Shown here piece by piece: positions 1-5,445 of a stretch of 25,581 nt of DNA; positions within the stretch are counted from its first letter, which is position 1; each line of letters begins with the position of its first letter. Under the pieces are notes generated by a model, which worked only from the letters and a program-made list of their open reading frames with translations, ran no database searches and was not told where the DNA came from. A program made the position numbers and the translations under genes. Origin of the DNA: a virus; IMG/VR virus record IMGVR_UViG_3300035494_000142; one strand, written 5' to 3'.

Positions 1-127
1 AATTCTTTAAGAGTAATATACTCGCTTGCTGCAACTATTACTTCTAACAACCCTATCCAATCTTCGTTTGTTAGTTTATGCAGCCAAGTCTTCCACAAAT
101 AACGATCGTCAATATCAATGCGGCCGT
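1..127. repeat. Terminal direct repeat copy 1 (identical to 25455-25581); circular-contig overlap or short terminal redundancy
   Basis: Base-by-base comparison of 1-127 with 25455-25581 shows 127/127 identity. An ORF reads straight through the junction. Confidence 0.95.
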
Positions 128-191
128 TTTCAATTATTTTATCGTTTAAGTATGTTGCAAGGTCATGCCATAAGTCTAGTGATTCGTTCAT
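1..191 (-). CDS. 5' part of a 130-aa hypothetical early protein that crosses the contig junction (continues at 25454 down to 25253)
   Basis: ATG at 191 is preceded by TAGGAGAAC with A-rich spacing. Translation (MNESLDLWHDLATYLNDKIIENGRIDIDDRYLWKTWLHKL...) joins in frame to the ORF listed at 25253-25552. Confidence 0.7.
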   Translation of the reverse strand, partial: MNESLDLWHDLATYLNDKIIENGRIDIDDRYLWKTWLHKLTNEDWIGLLEVIVAASEYITLKE

Positions 192-255
192 TTTGTTTTG
201 TTCTCCTAATGTAATAATATTTATAGAAGGAGGGTTTAAACCGGGTTATAATAGG
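185..255 (-). promoter_or_regulatory. Conserved leader and translation-initiation module, copy 1 (24-nt block 185-208 plus CCTATTATA box 247-255)
   Basis: Plus-strand cgttcattttgttttgttctccta at 185-208 is identical to 5439-5462. On the minus strand it reads TAGGAGAACAAAACAAAATGAACG. TATAATAGG at 247-255 recurs at 5495-5503. Confidence 0.55.
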
Positions 256-273
256 GTCAAAACGAATCGTTTT

Positions 274-486
274 TTAATATTTGCCATATATCATTGTGAG
301 ATACAATCGCGCAACTTCGCAAAGCTCGTGTGTTTTATCGCTGGCAATGTGTCTAACCATGGGAACATAGCCAACCTCTCTATTTGACGAGTTACTGTTG
401 TAATAGTCACTTAGGATCTTAGCAAGCTCTAACACACTCACACAAATAGTCCTGCAAATAGTATAAGTGTAATTAATGGCATGCAT
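274..486 (-). CDS. Hypothetical protein (weak call)
   Basis: A 70-aa ORF on the prevailing coding strand, but with no clear Shine-Dalgarno. An alternative 38-aa ORF at 438-554 (-) with a hydrophobic C-terminus overlaps it in another frame. Confidence 0.3.
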   Translation of the reverse strand: MHAINYTYTICRTICVSVLELAKILSDYYNSNSSNREVGYVPMVRHIASDKTHELCEVARLYLTMIYGKY

Positions 487-597
487 ATGTATACCATTGC
501 TGCAGCTCCGTTGATTAAACGGCTATCAATTGAAGAGTTTTCTATTCCACGCATTTGTTATAAAACCTTTAATTAGTTTATGTTGTTCGCGAACTTC

Positions 598-888
598 TCA
601 CGAGGGTAATTTATTATTATACGGAGGGAGTTTACACTGTTGCAAATACTCATGATATTCAATGTAATGACCGCTTAAAAAGAGAAATTCAATTTGGCGA
701 TACACTTCGCTATTTTTGAGTTTTTCAAGAACAAAATATTCACTGTTTAATACATCAAGCCAATCTTTAGCAAATTTAAGTTTACACGTTGGTTCAATTA
801 ATTCGTTTTGTGTTATTTCGCTGTTATACAGGTTGTTATTGAAACATAATTCAATTGTCTCGTTAACAATTTTAAGCTGCCATGTCAT
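598..888 (-). CDS. Hypothetical early protein, 96 aa
   Basis: ATG at 888 is preceded by AAGGGAG 7 nt upstream. Same strand and tight spacing with neighbouring genes. Confidence 0.65.
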   Translation of the reverse strand: MTWQLKIVNETIELCFNNNLYNSEITQNELIEPTCKLKFAKDWLDVLNSEYFVLEKLKNSEVYRQIEFLFLSGHYIEYHEYLQQCKLPPYNNKLPS

Positions 889-912
889 GATTGTACTCCC
901 TTGTAATGATAT

Positions 913-1317
913 TTATTTTAGTCCACGTGATGTTATTCTACACCCAATGTAATCATTATAGTACTCGTCACTTAGTAAGACATCGTGTTCAAATTGCAAT
1001 TTTGTCTCCCAATAGCTCATTGTTACTTTATTCTCACACATTACAAGTATTTCTCGCCGGAATTGGGATATTCCGTTCTTTGCAATAATACTTTTAATTT
1101 CGTTATTTGAGCCGTAATAATCTCGCCAATCTGTTTCTACCTTAACGTGACGTTTATTCTTCTTTCCTTTAAGTGGGGGGAGTTTCTTGGTTGTCCAAAA
1201 GTTCTTCTTGCCAATATACTTCTTATTGTTTACTGTATCATATATGATGTATACAAAACCTTGTGTGTTATTTGGGAGACTTGTTAGTGGTTTGTCTTTG
1301 TAAATCCAGCAATTCAT
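913..1317 (-). CDS. GIY-YIG nuclease-domain protein, SegE-like free-standing (homing-type) endonuclease
   Basis: GFVYIIYDTVNNKKYIGKK fits GIY-(10)-YIG. Downstream DWRDYYGSN...FRREIL...YWETK...YYN matches my recollection of the SegE-type GIY-YIG pattern. AAGGA sits 8 nt before the ATG. Confidence 0.65.
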   Translation of the reverse strand: MNCWIYKDKPLTSLPNNTQGFVYIIYDTVNNKKYIGKKNFWTTKKLPPLKGKKNKRHVKVETDWRDYYGSNNEIKSIIAKNGISQFRREILVMCENKVTMSYWETKLQFEHDVLLSDEYYNDYIGCRITSRGLK

Positions 1318-1633
1318 CGTTAATGTCCTTAAGGGCGTGTGTTGTAATATCTTTTAGCTCAGGATATGTTGGCCAACGTAGTAATTCAAATGTTGCGCTT
1401 TCATCATCGCCATGGATGTGATCAACAAGTTTCGTTTTAAGACTAGTATTAAGCGTATTGAATATAATAACGTTTAATAAATTTAATTTATTAAGTGCTC
1501 GTTTATTATTAGTTTTCCACATGATGTTGCGGAAGTTTCTTCGTATTGCCACAAGATGTTGTAGTATAGGGCTCTTTTCATACACATGTATGTATATAGG
1601 TATTAGTCTAGAAACCTCATCGTGGAGTGCCAT
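1268..1633 (-). CDS. Hypothetical early protein (start moved to MALHDE...)
   Basis: The ORF spans 1268-1645. The internal ATG at 1633 has GGAGA 5 nt upstream. Its 3' end overlaps the GIY-YIG gene by 50 nt. Confidence 0.55.
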   Translation of the reverse strand: MALHDEVSRLIPIYIHVYEKSPILQHLVAIRRNFRNIMWKTNNKRALNKLNLLNVIIFNTLNTSLKTKLVDHIHGDDESATFELLRWPTYPELKDITTHALKDINDELLDLQRQTTNKSPK

Positions 1634-1892
1634 AGTATTCTCCAATGATGTGATAAAAATGGTCTTTTTTAAACTGCATAAGAATGTCTCTTATTTCTGT
1701 TGACACTAGTGCATAGTATGTTAGTTCCTCGCGATCAAGTATAATACGAGCGAGGTTGTTTGTATATCGCGGGTTTTTTAAATGAACTCTCAATGAAACT
1801 GGTGTTGCAACTTCTGTTGTTCCATCGCTAAAGGTATGAACAAATTGATTATTTTGTAAATCAAGCCCGTTGTAAGTTGGTAAATCTGTCAT
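1617..1892 (-). CDS. Hypothetical early protein, 91 aa
   Basis: An ORF on the coding strand, the first gene after a terminator. No obvious SD. Confidence 0.5.
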   Translation of the reverse strand: MTDLPTYNGLDLQNNQFVHTFSDGTTEVATPVSLRVHLKNPRYTNNLARIILDREELTYYALVSTEIRDILMQFKKDHFYHIIGEYYGTPR

Positions 1893-1910
1893 ACAGTATT
1901 TAAGGGTATA

Positions 1911-1936
1911 AAAAAGCCCGGGGGTTAATCCGGGCT
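1911..1936 (-). terminator. Rho-independent terminator (minus strand)
   Basis: Stem agcccgg (1915-1921) pairs with ccgggct (1930-1936) around an 8-nt loop. The A5 run on the plus strand gives a U-run after the stem on the minus strand. Confidence 0.6.
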
Positions 1937-1976
1937 AAGGTAGGAAGGTAAAATATGGCAAGTTTTTGTTATTATT

Positions 1977-2012
1977 CTGTTTGGATTCAAAACTTGTAAA
2001 CAATCCAAACAG
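1977..2012. other. Perfect 10-bp stem hairpin (ctgtttggat / atccaaacag) with a 16-nt loop
   Basis: Inverted repeat read directly. The loop carries caaaacttgtaaa, which recurs at 3654-3666. Confidence 0.5.
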
Positions 2013-2032
2013 TACTATTTAGGAGATATTAT

Positions 2033-2077
2033 GAAATGGCATGTTTCACAAAAGTATTTATTATCGCATGCCATTTC
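2033..2077. other. Perfect 11-bp stem hairpin (gaaatggcatg / catgccatttc) with a 23-nt loop
   Basis: Inverted repeat read directly. It lies 17 nt beyond the stop of the 2094-3533 gene. Confidence 0.5.
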
Positions 2078-2093
2078 GTGTTTTACTTTTTGG

Positions 2094-3533
2094 TTATTTC
2101 CAGATGTTTGGTTCTGGGAACTTAGTAATGTCGCGCGCGAGTCTAATTGCAGTGTCTTGATACCATTTAAAGTCTTTCTCTTTAATACGATCGCCGTTGG
2201 TTAGTTTCTTTTCAATGCGATACAATTTAACGCGGTCGCTTGATGATAAGTTCTTAGAAACAACAACTTTATCTTCATTTGATAGTTTAACATTTAGTTT
2301 AACGATGTCCTTAGTTGCAATGTTGTAACGTTTTGCTAGATATTCTGCTTGAGCTGGACCAAATACAACAACGTTAACTGGATTGTTACTGTTGTATACG
2401 CGAACATTAGTGCGAGTAACAAATTGATGCATTGGCTCAAACTCGCGTGTTTGATCAAAGTCGTAACGATCAATACCAATAAACTCGGCTGCTGCTTTAA
2501 CGTGTTCGTTGCTTGTCTTCATTGAAGCAAGCCATACTGCAGTTGTTGAATCTTTATATTCGTTAGTACCAGCTTGTTTAGGAGTTAGGTATTGGCCATT
2601 AACGTTTAGGTTGCGCTTGAACTTAGAGTTAACAGTCCAAATAGTATTGTCAGTTGCAACTGAGTTAACTGCTTGTGCAATTGCTGCGAAGTCTGACTCT
2701 TTAAGTTTGTTAAACAGTGTCATTGACGGGTTTTGTTCACTTACTTGGTAAATTGTTACGCGCTGGCTTAGTTCTTTGTTACGAGCCACCCATGGTTTAA
2801 TAGGTAGAGTTTGGAACTTAATGTCGTATCCGCTAGTTAAGTGCTTATATAGTGGACTTGAATCAAATCCATCACAAAGGAATGTTACATTTGCAAAGTT
2901 GTTGAACATCTGGCCATTGATCAAGTTGAACACTTTTAAAGTATCACACTGCTGGAACATATCATAGCGTTTAATTGCAAGAATATTGTTCTTTGATAAG
3001 CCAAAAACATCGCGCATTTTGCTTGAATCAAAAATAACGTCATCGTTTTCTTGGAAACGGTCTTTTGCAGCCGCTGTAAAGTCTACTTGGACAAATCCTT
3101 CGTCTCCGCCTTTAAGTGAGAATAGGTTCCAAAAATCATTTGTTTGGCTTGAAATGCTAACTGGAATTTCAGTTTGGCCAAAGTACTCAAAATATTCATC
3201 AATGACAAGATCAAACTCGCTATTGATTGTAGACCATTTGTCATAGCTTAGTAATCCATTGTGAGTAATGAAGATAACGTGTTTATTGCTTGAAGTCTTA
3301 AGAACGGAAATTGCATCGCTCAGTTGCGCAGACACTGGTGCTTCGCAGTCTTTGCTGTTAACAAGGATTGCGCAGTTGTTGAAGAGTTTGCAGTGCTCAA
3401 GCATTTGGTCAATACGGGGAACTGCGATGATTGTTTTGCGTCCGCTCTTTGCGATTTGGTTGTAAACAGTTGTGCTCTTACCAGAACCGGCTGATAAACT
3501 TGATTGGTAATAATTGGTAAATACTTTTGACAT
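2094..3533 (-). CDS. P-loop NTPase, SF2-helicase-like; putative replication/initiator protein
   Basis: Walker A SAGSGKST near the N-terminus, an Ia-like IIAVPRIDQM, and Walker B/DExx-like LVIDEYFE. Strong RBS AGGGAGAAAG before the ATG. It is the only replication-type gene in the genome. Confidence 0.6.
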   Translation of the reverse strand: MSKVFTNYYQSSLSAGSGKSTTVYNQIAKSGRKTIIAVPRIDQMLEHCKLFNNCAILVNSKDCEAPVSAQLSDAISVLKTSSNKHVIFITHNGLLSYDKWSTINSEFDLVIDEYFEYFGQTEIPVSISSQTNDFWNLFSLKGGDEGFVQVDFTAAAKDRFQENDDVIFDSSKMRDVFGLSKNNILAIKRYDMFQQCDTLKVFNLINGQMFNNFANVTFLCDGFDSSPLYKHLTSGYDIKFQTLPIKPWVARNKELSQRVTIYQVSEQNPSMTLFNKLKESDFAAIAQAVNSVATDNTIWTVNSKFKRNLNVNGQYLTPKQAGTNEYKDSTTAVWLASMKTSNEHVKAAAEFIGIDRYDFDQTREFEPMHQFVTRTNVRVYNSNNPVNVVVFGPAQAEYLAKRYNIATKDIVKLNVKLSNEDKVVVSKNLSSSDRVKLYRIEKKLTNGDRIKEKDFKWYQDTAIRLARDITKFPEPNIWK

Positions 3534-3554
3534 TTGATCTTTCTCCCTAATATC

Positions 3555-3596
3555 AAAAGGCAGTTGCTACCCATAGCACTGCCTTTTTTCTTTTCT
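3555..3596. terminator. Strong hairpin with flanking T-runs (bidirectional terminator or attenuator) in the leader of the 2094-3533 gene
   Basis: aaaaggcagt (3555-3564) pairs with actgcctttt (3578-3587). An inner gcta/tagc pairing extends the stem. The plus strand continues ttcttttc; the minus strand continues ttttgata. Confidence 0.5.
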
Positions 3597-3684
3597 ACAC
3601 TTTTATTTATCTATTGTAACAGAAAAAGGCACAATTTCTAGGTATTTTTATCACAAAACTTGTAAATCAGGCGATTTTTTCTAG

Positions 3685-3716
3685 TTTTAGAAAAGTGTAC
3701 ATGGGTCCACCAGAGA
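3685..3716. repeat. Left arm of the perfect 32-bp inverted repeat
   Basis: The reverse complement of ttttagaaaagtgtacatgggtccaccagaga equals 4240-4271 exactly. Confidence 0.95.
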
Positions 3717-4239
3717 AAAAAGTGTTACAATTTATCTTAATATTAAAGTTATTTTGTGACACTTTTTGAGTGTCACTTCATGTGGCATAAAAGTGGTATT
3801 TCAACAAATTACACGCAACGAGTGTTAGCGAGTGGAGTGAGATACAATTAGCTCTTAAACAAGTAGATATTTCATTTGCGAAGAGGCCAGCTGGCAGCGA
3901 AGCGAAATGAAATGGATATGACTGGTTCACGTGAGCAAATGAGCGTTAGCGAATGGGCAGGCGAACACGGACTGGTCATATATTAACCACTAAGTCATAT
4001 AACAAATGGCATAGGAAATATCATATCAAATGGAGATGTCATCGTTGTGTGTTCGCCTGCTTCGCCGTCAAACATGTCATTGCCATTTTTTTGTCGCACT
4101 CGCTTCGCTCATCGCTCGCAAAATGGCCATTCCACTTAGACTGTCGTCTTTTTTGCTTCGCACTTCGTTCGCTAACACTCACTTCGCCATTTGGTATTGT
4201 TAGCAACTACTACCATGCTCTATGAAAGGAAAATGAACC

Positions 4240-4271
4240 TCTCTGGTGGACCCATGTACACTTTTCTAAAA
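4240..4271. repeat. Right arm of the perfect 32-bp inverted repeat
   Basis: tctctggtggacccatgtacacttttctaaaa is the reverse complement of 3685-3716. Confidence 0.95.
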
Positions 4272-4286
4272 AAGATTTTAGTCAAG

Positions 4287-4316
4287 AAAAACCCCAATTG
4301 ATGTAATCGCATGGGG
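4287..4316. repeat. 30-bp direct repeat copy 1; hairpin followed by a U-run on the minus strand (terminator-like)
   Basis: aaaaaccccaattgatgtaatcgcatgggg is identical to 4586-4615. It has a cccca/tgggg stem with an inner gat/atc pairing. The minus strand reads ccccatgcgattacatcaattggggttttt. Confidence 0.8.
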
Positions 4317-4515
4317 CAACAAAACAAACAATTTTTAGGAAACATGTAAGAAATGATCATCTTACAAAAATATTTATCTCTCTAAGATCATAGGGTCACG
4401 CAGACGGAACTTCACTAGACCAGAGTGGAATGGAACTAAGCTAAACTAAATGAACTAACACATATGAACTACATTAACACATATATGATATACCTTTCTT
4501 CTATTCTTTCTTCTA
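4287..4515 (-). ncRNA. Candidate ~230-nt minus-strand small RNA, from the promoter at 4522-4550 to the terminator-like repeat copy 1
   Basis: A TTGACT-17-TATAAG promoter lies upstream and a hairpin plus U5 at the 3' end. No ORF with an RBS lies in between. Inferred from signals only. Confidence 0.3.
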
Positions 4516-4529
4516 TTCTATCTTATATT
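4494..4529. repeat. Tandem 12-mer x3 (ctttcttctatt, ctttcttctatt, ctatcttatatt)
   Basis: Read directly. Two units are perfect and the third matches 10/12. Confidence 0.85.
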
Positions 4530-4550
4530 AAGCGTGTGTACCAAAGTCAA
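4522..4550 (-). promoter_or_regulatory. Sigma70-like promoter on the minus strand (-35 TTGACT, 17-nt spacer, -10 TATAAG)
   Basis: The minus strand reads ttgact (4550-4545), ttggtacacacgcttaa, then tataag (4527-4522). Each hexamer matches consensus 5/6. Confidence 0.45.
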
Positions 4551-4576
4551 GGGGCACCATTTGACGTGTGTACCAA
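4533..4576. repeat. 12-mer cgtgtgtaccaa x2 (4533-4544 and 4565-4576) flanking a small gtcaa/ttgac hairpin
   Basis: Read directly. The spacing is 32 bp, and the region overlaps the -35 area of the minus-strand promoter. Confidence 0.8.
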
Positions 4577-4585
4577 TCTGCCACA

Positions 4586-4615
4586 AAAAACCCCAATTGA
4601 TGTAATCGCATGGGG
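4586..4615. repeat. 30-bp direct repeat copy 2; the same hairpin/terminator-like unit
   Basis: Exact copy of 4287-4316, located 299 bp away. Confidence 0.8.
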
Positions 4616-4640
4616 TAAAAAGGTATGAAGATATTATAAT
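4611..4640 (+). promoter_or_regulatory. Possible promoter for the plus-strand ORF (-10 TATAAT at 4635-4640, poor -35 overlapping repeat copy 2)
   Basis: A perfect TATAAT lies 45 nt upstream of the ATG at 4685. The -35 region (ggggta) is weak. The palindrome attataat also gives a TATAAT on the minus strand. Confidence 0.3.
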
Positions 4641-4684
4641 GCAACAATATTTACCACCTTATAAATATTTCAAAGGAGAGTACC

Positions 4685-4987
4685 ATGAAGATTGGCATTA
4701 TTAACAAACATCGCGCATCAATTACGTTTAAACGATCCTACTCACGCCACTTGCTTGAATCACTTAGTGTTACTTCTTCGCAAGCTGATGTTATCAGTTC
4801 ATTAGTAATGGGCGACAACCAAATTGCACATTCTATAGGTTGGCTGTACAGCAATAATTGCACCGTTACAACTTCAATTGATATTGATTACAACATCGCG
4901 AGTATGAGCTATGATGTGTTCTTTAAACTAACTGTCCATTCTGCAAATATTGAAGAAGTTGTAACATTCCTCTCACTTTCTGGTTAA
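4685..4987 (+). CDS. Hypothetical 100-aa protein; the only convincing plus-strand gene
   Basis: Strong RBS AAAGGAGAG 6 nt before the ATG. The ORF ends before a shared bidirectional terminator. I recognise no family motif. Confidence 0.7.
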   Translation: MKIGIINKHRASITFKRSYSRHLLESLSVTSSQADVISSLVMGDNQIAHSIGWLYSNNCTVTTSIDIDYNIASMSYDVFFKLTVHSANIEEVVTFLSLSG

Positions 4988-5071
4988 CTAAGGTTTTTAA
5001 CCCAAAAACCACCAATGATTATTGGTAGAAACGTAAATTTCACGCTACTTTGCTGCGATCTTGTTGTTATC

Positions 5072-5158
5072 AAGTTGCTAAAAGTTGCTATTTGCAGCGA
5101 AAAAATCACTGGTTACGAAAAGTAAGGGTAATGGTTACTTTTTTTGACGTTTTTGACG
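5072..5158. repeat. Cluster of short direct repeats: aagttgcta x2 (5072, 5082), tggttac x2 (5110, 5132), ttttgacg x2 (5142, 5151)
   Basis: Read directly in the 213-bp non-coding stretch downstream of the plus-strand ORF. Confidence 0.7.
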
Positions 5159-5167
5159 AAAATGAAG

Positions 5168-5192
5168 AAAAAAGGAGCAATTGCTCCTTTTT
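5168..5192. terminator. Bidirectional rho-independent terminator between convergent genes
   Basis: Perfect palindrome aaaaaggagcaa/ttgctccttttt, with A-runs and T-runs on both sides. Confidence 0.75.
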
Positions 5193-5199
5193 GTGGGTA

Positions 5200-5445
5200 T
5201 TAGTGCGATGCTGCTCTTATCGCGCGATTAATTTTATTTTCAATTGAAGTTAGCTTATAACTGCGCCACGTCAGCTCAAGTAGTATTGCAAATAAATCAT
5301 CACGGTTAATTTCATTAATGATTGTACAACACTCGTCTTTTGTTAATTGTCCGCAGTAGTGTGTTGGGTTTGACAAGTATGTCAAGACGTCAACAAGCTC
5401 GTGATAAGAATACTTTAAGGTGAGGTAAGTTTTGATTTCGTTCAT
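5200..5445 (-). CDS. Hypothetical 81-aa early protein
   Basis: The ATG at 5445 sits in the conserved TAGGAGAACAAAACAAAATGAAC module. A terminator follows immediately downstream. Confidence 0.7.
   Translation of the reverse strand: MNEIKTYLTLKYSYHELVDVLTYLSNPTHYCGQLTKDECCTIINEINRDDLFAILLELTWRSYKLTSIENKINRAIRAASH

Larger units (their letters stand above)
3685..4271. ncRNA. 587-bp ORF-free foldback element; candidate large structured RNA (alternatives: DNA cruciform/origin, MITE-like element); strand undetermined
   Basis: A perfect 32-bp closing inverted repeat plus nested complementary blocks at 3820-3831/4169-4180, 3896-3905/4100-4109 and 3957-3968/4049-4060. Each arm also has a local hairpin. 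There is no credible ORF. Confidence 0.45.

Noticed and set aside
1988-2000. The 13-mer caaaacttgtaaa, shared with 3654-3666, as an operator flanking the replication gene
   Set aside because: A single shared 13-mer is roughly what chance predicts in an AT-rich 25-kb sequence. I keep it only as a side note.
2031-2204. A plus-strand 57-codon ORF with a strong-looking AGGAG RBS, antisense to the 3' end of the replication gene
   Set aside because: The product is hydrophobic and low-complexity. The ATG lies inside the perfect 11-bp hairpin, and the ORF runs antisense into a well-supported gene. I treat the AGGAG as coincidental.
3953-4225. A 90-aa plus-strand ORF inside the foldback element
   Set aside because: It has no RBS. 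The translation is Cys/His/Arg/Phe-rich and reads like non-coding sequence. It spans the apical and right-arm helices, so it is most likely an accidental open frame.
3685-4271. Invertible segment (Hin/Gin-type) or protelomerase target defined by the 32-bp inverted repeats
   Set aside because: The complete genome encodes no invertase, recombinase or protelomerase. Telomere-resolution sites are contiguous palindromes, not arms separated by 523 bp.
4287-4615. Possible mini-CRISPR array (two identical 30-nt repeats)
   Set aside because: The interval between the repeats is 269 bp, far longer than a spacer. There are only two copies and no cas genes. The repeat behaves like a terminator hairpin on the minus strand.
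3600-4684. tRNA genes in the non-coding island
   Set aside because: I scanned by eye for a GGTTCGAATCC-like T-arm and for cloverleaf-compatible acceptor stems and found none. tRNAscan-SE should confirm this.
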